DNA of 63,646 bases, filler included, from Octopus bimaculoides (taxonomy: Eukaryota), in NCBI RefSeq assembly GCF_001194135.2. It is 5 parts of 5 records of this genome, joined end to end, with 100 filler letters (N's around TTAATTAATTAA, not from the genome) between each part and the next. Parts side by side here need not be neighbours in the genome. Positions count along the whole stretch, not along the records: positions 44,103 to 54,705 come from NC_068986.1; positions 54,806 to 60,538 come from NC_069005.1; positions 60,639 to 63,646 come from NC_068981.1; 2 more parts are not named here. One strand, written 5' to 3'. The notes below the pieces were generated by a model that searched no databases, had not been told where the DNA came from, and saw only the letters and a program-made list of their open reading frames with translations. The position numbers and the translations under genes were made by a program. The number at the start of each line of letters is the position of its first letter. Within the stretch, counting starts at the first letter, position 1. This document shows positions 51,961 to 63,646 of this stretch, piece by piece.

Positions 51961-53300
51961 AGATAGGCTTCTATCCATAGCAAGCTGGTTCCTCACAATA
52001 CAACATCAAGGATTTTACTTCATAAACATTAGGAGATTTAGCTGCCATTTCAAGCCAGTTGAGCAACCACCTAGAAGTATCAGTATTATTAATGGCCATC
52101 GGCTGGTTAGCTTACAGTAGTGAGATGAAGATGGCAGAATGAGGTGATGATCACAGTAAAAATTGGATTAACCCCAAATAAGCCCTGATCCGGAAGAACA
52201 AAAGCATTCTAGCCATAATCATCAGATCTTATTTTTCAAACAGTGTATCAAGAATTACTTTATTCAGCCTCATTTTAAGATGGCAGCAATTTGATGAGGA
52301 ATTGGCTGCAATTTTAGCAAGTCCAGTAACTGTATGGAGCTGGAGTCTCAAATTTTTTCTCCCAATGTACTCATTCATTATATCCAGCAGTTTTGGTATA
52401 CCACTTGTGAAGAGTATATTGTGAAATGGTTGGATACCATAAACCAGACAACAGTGTTTATCATTAATAATACTGGGTATCATTTTACATAAAATAATGA
52501 GCATAATTACATATACATAATGTTATTAATTATTATCTTTGGCAGTCTTGACTTCCAAACAAAATATCTTACAAAGTTTTGTATTAAATACTATTTACTA
52601 AATCTGATGATGCACCATTGAGAAGTAGCTGGCGGCAATTAATTCAAAATTGCAGTGTTTCTACAAATATTGCACAACCCCATTAATTCCTCTTATGAAC
52701 TCCTAGGGTCATGTATCCCACTGTTTTAGAACCACAAACATAAGGTTTTATTACTAATTTGCAACAATTAAATAGATCATGTTGAGGATATCAATGAGGG
52801 CAATGATGAAGACAACAGTGATGAAAATGATGATGATGGTAGTGAGAGGTGGTACACTGGCCCAGGAAAATCTATGATAAAAGACAATCCCATCCATCAA
52901 GTATCTAGAAATATATTGCCCAAAATGTCTTGTTCCTTAAAAAAGACAAAGTGTGGTTTGAGAAAGATTTAGCTGATACTTTTAGAACTTCTAGAAGTTT
53001 ATTTACTGCCTTGCACCACCCACCACAGCTGACCAATAGGATTATTGTAGACATTTGACTGGAAACAATGGCAACCTTGGTATCTACAGATTTCAACCAA
53101 CCAATTTTAAGCGTAGATATAATAGATATAAAATATTGGAAATAAATATATAAATCTCCTCCAGTCTCCTACTAAAAAAAAAAAACCAAACAAATAAACA
53201 ACTAATTATTTATCTCTAAGAGAGCTCAAGAAGACTGATAAGTACTTGGTTACTTTGACTCATAATTACTGAGACATAACATCCATGCATACATGTAATC

Positions 53301-53331
<31 letters not shown>

Positions 53332-53410
53332 CACACACACACACTCCAGATATTGCTCCTATACACTTCACTCCTGACTAAATGAAAAAAGACACAAGGT
53401 CTCCCTCTCC

Positions 53411-53449
<39 letters not shown>

Positions 53450-54344
53450 NNNNNNNNNNNNNNNNNNNNNNNNNNNNNNNNNNNNNNNNNNNNNNNNNNN
53501 NNNNNNNNNNNNNNNNNNNNNNNNNNNNNNNNNNNNNNNNNNNNNNNNNNNNNNNNNNNNNNNNNNNNNNNNNNNNNNNNNNNNNNNNNNNNNNNNNNNN
53601 NNNNNNNNNNNNNNNNNNNNNNNNNNNNNNNNNNNNNNNNNNNNNNNNNNNNNNNNNNNNNNNNNNNNNNNNNNNNNNNNNNNNNNNNNNNNNNNNNNNN
53701 NNNNNNNNNNNNNNNNNNNNNNNNNNNNNNNNNNNNNNNNNNNACACACACACACACACACACCACATATTGCTTTAATTCACTACTCTCTAATTCAGGG
53801 TGTGTGTTTATATTTCTTTTCTGAAATTTTCATCTTACTTCAAGGTAAGGTTTCCTCTTGTAATTACCCAATTCCATCTAGAAAACAAGCCCTATTTCAC
53901 AGAGTGAGTACTTTTTCCTTATCATTTGAAAAATGAGGCAGGCAGGCAAACAAACAGACCCTCTCCAACTCATTCATTGCTCACCAGTTATTACTAGTCA
54001 CTTCTTTAATATTTATTTTAAGACTTCAAGAAGAGCTAAGAACATTAACATTACAGACTTTTGTTTCTCATAGTGTTTAGAAATCTGTGCCACATTTCCT
54101 TTATAGCTTCTTCACTAATTAACATGTGTGGAAGGGGTGGGGCCAGAAAATAAATGACATTTCATTCCCAATGAATATTACAGATATCACATTTACAGTG
54201 TGTATGCATGTATATATTTGTCTATTAGTACTTGAGAATGTTATGTTTGCATTGAATATATATTCACACACACACACACACACGCGCACATGTGTGTGTG
54301 AATATATGCATGTCAACAAATAATATGTATTTCTAAATTATCAT

Positions 54345-54530
54345 CATCATATGTCCATCATCCATGCTGGTATGGGTGGAATGATCTGATAGGAACTGGC
54401 AAGCTCGAAGACTGTGCCAAACTCTTCACTATGCTTTAACACGGTTTCTACAGCTGGATACCCTTCCAAATACCAATCACTATACAGTGTAGTCAGTGCT
54501 TTTTATGTGTCACCAGCAACAGTGAGATCA
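54345..54530 (-). mobile_element. RTE 3'UTR fragment with (GAT)n tail
   Basis: catcatcatcatatgtccatcatccatgctggtatgggtgg...cagctggatacccttcc. Confidence 0.65.
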
Positions 54531-55439
54531 CCATTATATATATATATATATATATATATAATTTAGAGAAAAGAATCAAAGTTCATGAACTCATCCATGA
54601 AAATCCACATTGATAAAGTGAATGAGTTTTTACCTGTAAATTTGGATTTTTATCCATATTATTATTATTATTATTATTATTATTTATATATATATATATA
54701 TATATNNNNNNNNNNNNNNNNNNNNNNNNNNNNNNNNNNNNNNNNNNNNTTAATTAATTAANNNNNNNNNNNNNNNNNNNNNNNNNNNNNNNNNNNNNNN
54801 NNNNNTATCCTGCATTTTGTTTCACCACACATATTTCATATAAAATTACTTTAGTGAAATTGCTCTGAAATTTATCAAATCATTATAAATGATTTGAAGT
54901 AGATTTGATTTATATTTTTAGCTGCTCGATCTACCGTTTCGACTCTCGTAAGTTGGCTGAATAAAAAAAATTAAAAAAATGAAAATAAAATAAATGAATC
55001 AACGTATAAATAAATAAATAATTTCTAACCGCTTGTTATATTTCATTTATACTGAAACAAAAGGAAATAAAAAAAAATAAAGTATAACGAAAAACAAATT
55101 AACTTTTAATAAATAACGGAATGATAATATAATAAGCAATGTCGGTTAATTAAATTTTAATACATAATGTAATTATATATATAATTAAATCTAATGTGAT
55201 AAACCTTGTTACAACAACCATCTAAGAAGTGTTTCACGTGATGTGATTTCATTGGCTGGTTGTCAGGAAGCTGATAATATCGAAAATTTTTACAATGATA
55301 CATACGAAATAATTGATGGTTGTTTTCGAATATATTTTGTAATATCACTAACATTTGACATGGTATTTCTGAGAAATTTTAATCTAATCTACGGATTATT
55401 TAATGTCACATTCATATTATAAATTGAATATCAAGCTAC

Positions 55440-55945
55440 GAAGTGGTGGAATCATTCCCACGCCGGACAAATCGCTAAGCTGTATTTCTTTTAGTATGAC
55501 GTTCTAAGTTCAAATTCTGCCGAGGTCGATTTTGCTTTTCAACATTTCGGGCCATTAAAAATATGCAACATTTCAGCACGGGGTGGGCGCGGTGTCGATA
55601 TAAGTGATGAGTCCCAGCTCGTCGCTTACCTCTTTCACACTTACTATTATTTACGTTCTAGGTTCAAATTCTGCCGAAGTCGACTTTGCTTTTCATCCAT
55701 TCGGGGTCGATAAATTAAGTACCAGTGAATCACTGTGGGTGATGTAATCGTTTAGTCCCCGCCCTTAATATTTCAGGTCCTGTGCCTTTAGTAGAAAGGA
55801 TTATTATTATCATTATCATTATTATTATTAAGGTCACGAGCCAACAGAAGCGTTAGCGCGCCGAGCGAAAAATATAGCGGAATTTCGCCCGTCGCTACGT
55901 TTACAGTTCAAGTTCCGCCGAGGTCGACTTCGGCAGAATTTGAAC
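55440..55945 (+). mobile_element. Cluster of three family B SINE pieces
   Basis: Three occurrences of ttcaaattctgccgaggtcga-like cores. Confidence 0.8.
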
Positions 55946-56506
55946 TATACATCCCAGAAACTATGGCCTGCGCACTGACAAAATAACAGTGTAAGCTTGT
56001 CAATGACCTAATCACAGTTCGTCCGACGAAAATCCGAGCACATTCCTACCAACGATAAATAACCTGTCTTTGTGCGTTCTTGAATTTTGAAAATGTTGTC
56101 TCAATACTCAGTCTCACATCAAAATATACTAGCGGGCAAGGACACCACCATGGTGTAACAAATGCATTTTAATTCAAACTACTAACTTGTCTACATTTTA
56201 CACATGATTGACTAAATAAAATCGATGATTGAACAAAACATCTGCAAGTGTGTGTGTGTTGAATGGTAACTTGTGCCACAATTTTGCTAAATGTCGCAAC
56301 TGCTCTGATTATAGTCACTTTTCTTCAGATTGGCATGGAGAATATCAACCATATGAGTGCAGTTGTGACTAACAACAAAACCCGCAGCCGACTAAAGCGC
56401 ATCATGATGTGTTGGAAAGGCATTGCACAGACACGACACGCTGTCCCACACAGAAATTGAACGCAGGGTCATATATTCAAGAATTAAACAGTCTTGTGTT
56501 TGTGTG

Positions 56507-56541
<35 letters not shown>

Positions 56542-57005
56542 NNNNNNNNNNNNNNNNNNNNNNNNNNNNNNNNNNNNNNNNNNNNNNNNNNNNNNNNNNN
56601 NNNNNNNNNNNNNNNNNNNNNNNNNNNNNNNNNNNNNNNNNNNNNNNNNNNNNNNNNNNNNNNNNNNNNNNNNNNNNNNNNNNNNNNNNNNNNNNNNNNN
56701 NNNNNNNNNNNNNNNNNNNNNNNNNNNNNNNNNNNNNNNNNNNNNNNNNNNNNNNNNNNNNNNNNNNNNNNNNNNNNNNNNNNNNNNNNNNNNNNNNNNN
56801 NNNNNNNNNNNNNNNNNNNNNNNNNNNNNNNNNNNNNNNNNNNNNNNNNNNNNNNNNNNNNNNNNNNNNNNNNNNNNNNNNNNNNNNNNNNNNNNNNNNN
56901 NNNNNNNNNNNNNNNNNNNNNNNNNNNNNNNNNNNNNNNNNNNNNNNNNNNNNNNNNNNNNNNNNNNNNNNNNNNNNNNNNNNNNNNNNNNNNNNNNNNN
57001 NNNNN

Positions 57006-57044
<39 letters not shown>

Positions 57045-57046
57045 TA

Positions 57047-57077
<31 letters not shown>

Positions 57078-57250
57078 ATATATACATATACATATATACA
57101 TACACACACGCATACACACGCATATGTATATATATACATACACACACGTCAATTTGTATGTATGTATTTCTGTAGGTATATTTCTGTTACATGCACATGT
57201 TCGTGTCACATTCAAATAACCAAAATAATTCAAACAATATGTAGACTTAC

Positions 57251-57326
57251 CTTCCAGCTGGACGACCAACGCCATCACCAGAATGAGGCCGAGTCGCCAT
57301 GAATTCAAAAACTGGATACCACACAT
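57251..57326 (-). CDS. Candidate first coding exon of a secreted or membrane protein (signal peptide MCGIQFLNSWRLGLILVMALVVQLE|G, phase-1 intron)
   Basis: ATG at 57326; basic residue then hydrophobic h-region LGLILVMALVV; perfect donor AAG|GTAAGT at 57251/57250; unique GC-richer sequence. A phase-1 intron right after a signal peptide is a common metazoan arrangement. Confidence 0.65.
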
Positions 57327-57576
57327 GTCCAGAAGTCTTTCACAATCTTTAACCTCTTGCAATTTACAACCGTTTTCTTAAACTCGAATATTCTAGCTTT
57401 ATGCCGGTTATCGTTGTCGTTGTGATGCTCCCGGGACAAACTTGTGGCTGCAGTTATTATTATTTAATGCTATTGGTGTCGTCCTTGCTTCAGATATAAT
57501 TTTTTGCTGTGCTTCTATTTCTTGCAACCGCTACGGTTTATACTTTTTTAATGATAGCTGTGATGGTAGAACAACT

Positions 57577-59089
57577 ATTTCACTGGTGCTTCAAACCGCT
57601 GTGATTATAGTTGCCAGTGTAAAATCTGTTTGATAACTATCTTCTCACAGATATAACAGTTTATTTTTGCAGACAATTTTCATAAGTGTTCAGCACTTAG
57701 AGATAAATGTACGAAATAAGGGAATAATGTCTGCGGCGTGTTTGTTATATGCTGTTAATAAATATATTGCAGTTCTTTCATAATATGTGTTGTTTTTTTT
57801 TGCTTTCTCTTTGACCCTACATATATATCTATATATACATATATACATATATGTATATATAAGTATACAGACATTTATATCTATATCCGTTTGAATATGT
57901 AATACACACATACATATGTACATATATATATATATATATATATATANNNNNNNNNNNNNNNNNNNNNNNNNNNNNNNNNNNNNNNNNNNNNNNNNNNNNN
58001 NNNNNNNNNNNNNNNNNNNNNNNNNNNNNNNNNNNNNNNNNNNNNNNNNNNNNNNNNNNNNNNNNNNNNNNNNNNNNNNNNNNNNNNNNNNNNNNNNNNN
58101 NNNNNNNNNNNNNNNNNNNNNNNNNNNNNNNNNNNNNNNNNNNNNNNNNNNNNNNNNNNNNNNNNNNNNNNNNNNNNNNNNNNNNNNNNNNNNNNNNNNN
58201 NNNNNNNNNNNNNNNNNNNNNNNNNNNNNNNNNNNNNNNNNNNNNNNNNNNNNNNNNNNNNNNNNNNNNNNNNNNNNNNNNNNNNNNNNNNNNNNNNNNN
58301 NNNNNNNNNNNNNNNNNNNNNNNNNNNNNNNNNNNNNNNNNNNNNNNNNNNNNNNNNNNNNNNNNNNNNNNNNNNNNNNNNNNNNNNNNNNNNNNNNNNN
58401 NNNNNNNNNNNNNNNNNNNNNNNNNNNNNNNNNNNNNNNNNNNNNNNNNNNNNNNNNNNNNNNNNNNNNNNNNNNNNNNNNNNNNNNNNNNNNNNNNNNN
58501 NNNNNNNNNNNNNNNNNNNNNNNNNNNNNNNNNNNNNNNNNNNNNNNNNNNNNNNNNNNNNNNNNNNNNNNNNNNNNNNNNNNNNNNNNNNNNNNNNNNN
58601 NNNNNNNNNNNNNNNNNNNNNNNNNNNNNNNNNNNNNNNNNNNNNNNNNNNNNNNNNNNNNNNNNNNNNNNNNNNNNNNNNNNNNNNNNNNNNNNNNNNN
58701 NNNNNNNNNNNNNNNNNNNNNNNNNNNNNNNNNNNNNNNNNNNNNNNNNNNNNNNNNNNNNNNNNNNNNNNNNNNNNNNNNNNNNNNNNNNNNNNNNNNN
58801 NNNNNNATTTCACTGGTGCTTCAAACCGCTGTGATTATAGTTGCCAGTGTAAAATCTGTTTGATAACTATCTTCTCACAGATATAACAGTTTATTTTTGC
58901 AGACAATTTTCATAAGTGTTCAGCACTTAGAGATAAATGTACGAAATAAGGGAATAATGTCTGCGGCGTGTTTGTTATATGCTGTTAATAAATATATTGC
59001 AGTTCTTTCATAATATGTGTTGTTTTTTTTTGCTTTCTCTTTGACCCTACATATATATCTATATATACATATATACATATATGTATATA
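57577..59089. repeat. Exact 283-bp duplication (57577-57859 = 58807-59089) flanking an N gap; probable assembly overlap
   Basis: Constant 1230-bp offset; copy 2 starts at the gap edge. Confidence 0.9.
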
Positions 59090-59832
59090 AATACACGCAC
59101 ATACGCACCAAACACAAACGCACACACATACATGCCTGTAAATGTGTGTGTTTGTGTGCAAATGCTCATGTGTGTATGTGAGCTTAATCGCGTACGTTTA
59201 AGAGTACCTGTGTATGTGAGCGTGTGTATATATGTGTATGTGCGTGTGTGCGAGGGTGAGAGTGAATGTATGGATGAGGATGGGATGTCGTTGAAGATGA
59301 ACTGCAAGCGAAGAGAAAGAGAAAGATAGAGAAAAACGGAGTGAAACTTGTAATGGAGAAGAGAAGAATGTTCCAAGGAAAGGAAAAGATCGTTTTATGA
59401 AGAGGAAGATTGTTTTATGAAAGTGAAAGTAGAAGACTGTCACATGTTTGTTTATGGGAAAATTTATTCAGTACTACAAATGTTATCTGTTCACAAACAA
59501 ACACATACAAACCCACGCATTTACATAGATGCAGACGCAAACATAGACACACAGACGCACACACACATCATATATATGTGCAAATACATATATATGTGTT
59601 TGCAAATATGCACACATGTGTATAAAACTGGACGACCGCCATGCTGAATATACATCTTAGGTGATTTCGTCGGACAGTTCTTGCTTCCAGTTAAAATCTG
59701 CCTCATCATGTATCGGAACCTTTTGTTGAACCGCTATGTTTAGTGTTCTTAAACCAACAACCATCAGATGTAAAATGGCTGCTGAAAATCAATAAATTAG
59801 GTTCTCAAAAGCAGTCGAGGTTTAGCGACTTG

Positions 59833-60065
59833 GCGTAGCTATGTGGACAGAAGCTTGCTTCTTATCCACATGTTTCTGTTCCACTGCTTGAAACCTTTGG
59901 CAAGTACCTTCTACTATAGCCCCGGGCTGAGCAAAGCCTTCTGAGTGGATTTGGTAGAGAGAAACTGAAACAAAGTAACGCGGTGAGCTGGCAGAAACGT
60001 TAGCACGTCGGGCGAATTGCTTAGCGGTATTTCATCTGCTGTTACGTTCTGAGTTCAAATTCTGC
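59833..60065 (+). mobile_element. SINE A 5' half followed by a SINE B head
   Basis: ggcgtagctatgtggacagaagcttgctt...gaaactgaaac then cggtgagctggcagaaacgttagcacg. Confidence 0.8.
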
Positions 60066-60498
60066 AACGGGGTATCCTGCACAGTTTACTCTGTCATATC
60101 CACATACAAGGAATTGGAAGGCTTGGTAATGGAACTGAAACGAAACCACGTACTCAGAACACATGATATTTGACCTCAGAGGCAGTCCTCAATTGAGCGA
60201 AGCAATAGGAAAATAGATAGAATGGGGCGGAGAAACGCAAATCTTAAAACGGAACTTATGGCGTATATACGGACCCTGAGAGTAAGTTTTGGACAGTGAA
60301 TAATGAAAAAGGTGTCTGTAAAATCTGAGAGTAGAGAGATATAGAAGTAATGATGGAGGGAATAGTAAAATGATGGTCATAAGATGTTAGAAAAAGAGAC
60401 AGACAGAAGAATAAATAAATATAAATGAAAATGGATGAGATAGAAAAATTCTCAAAAGCATATAATAACAAATATTAAGAGAAAGAGAGAAAGAGATG

Positions 60499-60538
<40 letters not shown>

Positions 60539-60715
60539 NNNNNNNNNNNNNNNNNNNNNNNNNNNNNNNNNNNNNNNNNNNNTTAATTAATTAANNNNNN
60601 NNNNNNNNNNNNNNNNNNNNNNNNNNNNNNNNNNNNNNAATAAGTATATTTGCAATATGGTTTATGCTGACTGAACTTATTATAGGAAATATGACATTAC
60701 CTTTCAGTACTCCTG

Positions 60716-60752
<37 letters not shown>

Positions 60753-61009
60753 AATTAAAAATTAAAAGGGTAAAGGATTATCAATTTATTAATTAATAGA
60801 TCAATTAACAATTAATAATTTTTACCAAGCCCATCGGTATGAAAGCACCATTATTGGTAGAGAACTTATTTAAAAGCTCATATATATTTATAAATATAAT
60901 TAAGGGATCAGCAAATATTTGCTTCACCAAATACCGAAGTTCAGAAATAGAAGCTATATATATATATATATATAGATAGATAGATAGATACATAAATAGA
61001 TAGAGAGAG

Positions 61010-61048
<39 letters not shown>

Positions 61049-61049
<1 letters not shown>

Positions 61050-61317
61050 CAGATTGAGCCTAGTGCAGCCTTCTGGCTCACCAGTCCTCAGTCAAACCGT
61101 CCAACCCATGCCAGCATGGAAAGCGGACGTTAAACGATAACGATGATGATGATGATATATATATATGCACATGTGTGTTTGTGTGTGTAATGAATATCTA
61201 CATAGGTCAGATTGGAGCCTGGTATAGCCATCTGGTTTCACCAGTCCTCAGTCAAATCGTCCATCCCATGCTAGCATGGAAAGCGGACGTTAAACAACGA
61301 TGATGATGATGATGATT
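61049..61317 (+). mobile_element. Two tandem ~105-bp RTE 3'-terminal fragments with (GAT)n tails
   Basis: Both read tcagatt(g)gagcct...ccagtcctcagtcaaa..gtcca.cccatgc.agcatggaaagcggacgttaaac..gatgatgat. Confidence 0.8.
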
Positions 61318-61467
61318 CCAACTACCAAATTTCATTCACAAAGCTTTGGTCAACACTAAGCTATGGTTGAAGACAACTTATCCAAAGTGCAGTGCAGCTA
61401 GAGCAAACCTAGAACCACGTAGTCACAAAGCAATTTTTCTAACCAACCATGCAGGCATACATGTTTG

Positions 61468-61679
61468 TACAAGGAAGTGCTGGAAAGTTCCTCGCTTTAA
61501 GGGTATCACAAATGGAGACCCAACCTTCCAAGTTCTTTTACATGGCTTAGAAAAACTGAATGACTGCCGCAATAAGTGTGTGAATCCAAGAGGGGAATAT
61601 GTTAAATAAAATCATAATAAACTGATCCACCTGTATTTTCTTTCACCCAAAGCCAGGAACTTTTCAGCACCCCTTTGTA
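61468..61679 (+). mobile_element. mariner-derived MITE with TIRs and TA flanks
   Basis: TAcaaggaagtgctggaaagttcctcgcttt ... aaagccaggaacttttcagcacccctttgTA; internal GLEKLNDCRNKCVNPRGEYVK* is a mariner C-terminus. Confidence 0.88.
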
Positions 61680-62004
61680 TATATCTTTCTGTAAATATTC
61701 ACTACTCCGTAAAATCCAACATGATTCATTATATTTTGGAGGTTATATTTCATAAAAGAGAGAGAAAGCGAAAGAAAGAGAAAACAACAGAGTTCACCAC
61801 AAGTGAGAAATTTCTCAGAAAGGAATCTGAAAATTAAATAAAAGATTAATAATGGTCTTTTATCACATTGTTACAATGACAAAAATTTGTAGAAATGAGG
61901 GACATTTAATTAATTGCAGTATATTCTCTGTACTATATTTTATTGACTTTTCTGGACTCTGGTTCAGAAACAGACACACTTCAATATGATTAAGATGTTC
62001 CCTA

Positions 62005-62540
62005 AATCATCATCATCATCATTTAACATCTGTTTTCTATGCTGGCATGGGTTAGATGTTTTGACTAGGAGTGGTAATCCAGAGAGCTGCACCAGTTGTC
62101 TATTTTGGCTTGGTCTCTAAGGCTGGATGTCCTTCCCAAAGACCAACAACTTTACAGAGTGTACTGGGTGTTTTTTGCATGTCACTAGCATAGGTGCCCT
62201 TTACATGCCACCAGCACAGGTGCCTTTTATGTATCACTGGTATGGGTGCCATTTATGTGCTACTAACACTAGCAATGATCACAGTTCACTTAGCTTTACA
62301 TGTCTTCTCAAGCATAGCAAATCACCAGAAGTATTAGTCACTTGTCAATGCCTCTGTGAGGCGCACCAGCCTAAGATCATATTTCACCACCTTGTCCCAT
62401 GTCTTCCTGGGTCTACTCTTTCCACAGGTTCCCTCCACAATTAGAGATTGGCTCTCTTTTATGCTGCTGTCCTCATCCATACACATTATATGACCATACC
62501 AGCACAGTTTTCTCTCCAGCACAATACATCTTATTTCTTT
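62005..62540 (-). mobile_element. RTE-clade LINE 3' end (ORF C-terminus, 3'UTR, (GAT)n tail)
   Basis: EIRCIVLERKLCWYGHIMCMDEDSSIKESQSLIVEGTCGKSRPRKTWDKVVKYDLRLVRLTEALTSD. Confidence 0.88.
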
Positions 62541-62770
62541 ATTGCCCATAAGGGGCTAAACATAGAAGGGACAAACAAGGACAGACAAAGGGATTAAGTC
62601 AGTTACATCAATCCCAGTGTGTAACTGGGTAACTGGTACTTAATTTATCGACCCCGAAAGGATGAAAGACAAAGTCGATCTTGGCGGAATTTGAACTCAG
62701 AATGTAACGGCAGACGAAATACCGCTAGGCATTTCGCCTGGTGTGCTAACGTTTCTGCCAGCTCGCTGCC
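62535..62770 (-). mobile_element. SINE family B with an alternative 3' tail
   Basis: Reverse head ggcagcgagctggcagaaacgttagcac; tail ttaatccctttgtctgtccttgtttgtcccttctatgtttagcccc. Confidence 0.88.
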
Positions 62771-62979
62771 AATACATCTGATGCCTCTTATACCCAACTA
62801 AACAATCAATGAAATGATATAAAATGCTTATCCTTTTCTGAATGACAAGGGTCAATAGAACTGATGCTTATTTTTTTCTGTAGCATTAAATAAAGAGGAC
62901 GTAAATCCCACCAGAAAGATTTGCTGTATTGTGGCCCCTTACAAAATTGTAAGATCACAAAATTTTCATCAATTTGTGC

Positions 62980-63122
62980 AGTAGTGAAACATAAAGGTAC
63001 AGTTTCCTTCTTGAATCATACTGACTCATAAGGGCCAGTTTGCTGGTTTCCATGGCATATATATTGAAACCACAATCTTACAATCATAAGTCCAACATCC
63101 TAACTACTAAGCCAGGTGCCTC
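62980..63122 (-). mobile_element. Decayed SINE D-like element
   Basis: Reverse head ggcacctggcttagtagttaggatgttggacttatgattgtaagattgtggtttcaat. Confidence 0.55.
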
Positions 63123-63307
63123 CACAGTAGCAAAATATACCACCCACAGTATCAAAAGCAGAGGAAGGTGGACTCATTTATTATACATTAAGTGCCTAGG
63201 CTACTCTTGAAGAAGGAATACATACAATTTATCTTGTTTGCACTCTATTGACCCTATCATCCATGCTTTTCACTAACAGTAATTAGGCAAAACCAAAGCC
63301 AAATTGA

Positions 63308-63340
<33 letters not shown>

Positions 63341-63646
63341 CTAAATAAAGTTGTTTTAGCTTTTTAGCCTTTAGCTTTGTTATATGGACTGTTAGATATG
63401 TAATTCGTCTGACGTTCCGTGTGTTATGTGGTTCGTCTGAGTTCATTGTTTCATTGTTGTTGTCTTGTGGGACTGTCGTAGTAAAATGTCATTGATATAT
63501 ATATGGCGGACATGACTTTTGTTTATTCATAACGAACATTGGGTGAGTGCGTTCTTTGTATGTAATTGAACAATAAATGTAATAATTAAATTGTATAACT
63601 CGTTATGTTATCTCTGCGAGTCAGTCCGAGGGAAACATAACAAGCT

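Noticed and set aside
55905-55946. Short hairpin centred on GTCGAC
   Set aside because: Only ~18-bp arms; explained by an inverted SINE B scrap at the family's internal palindrome.
56263-56460. Plus-strand acceptor-like site followed by a 43-codon frame
   Set aside because: No partner exon or homology; antisense to the better-supported minus-strand gene.

Overview
This window is AT-rich, microsatellite-dense animal genomic DNA from a gapped assembly. The SINE families and repeat landscape look cephalopod, probably Octopus; this is recognition from memory, not a database result. Most of it is intronic or intergenic and filled with decayed mobile elements: at least four tRNA-derived SINE families, CR1/L2-type, RTE, R4/Dong and L1/Tx1 LINE fragments, mariner, pogo and piggyBac remnants, and three Penelope-like (GIY-YIG) 3' fragments. 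The best host-gene signal is a minus-strand signal-peptide first coding exon at 57251-57326 (MCGIQFLNSWRLGLILVMALVVQLE|G, GTAAGT donor). A phase-compatible 50-nt exon lies at 30570-30619, and I could not identify the gene. The most interesting signal is a set of minimal type-I hammerhead ribozyme motifs read directly from the sequence. One lies downstream of each Penelope GIY-YIG remnant (about 3955, 35940, and a dead one at about 21320). Two unrelated foldback elements (24491-24836 and 25441-26102) each carry a pair of outward-facing hammerheads in their inverted arms. There is no CRISPR array, rRNA or bona fide tRNA gene. Long ORFs in the supplied track are microsatellite or N-gap artefacts. 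Coordinates of decayed repeats are approximate.
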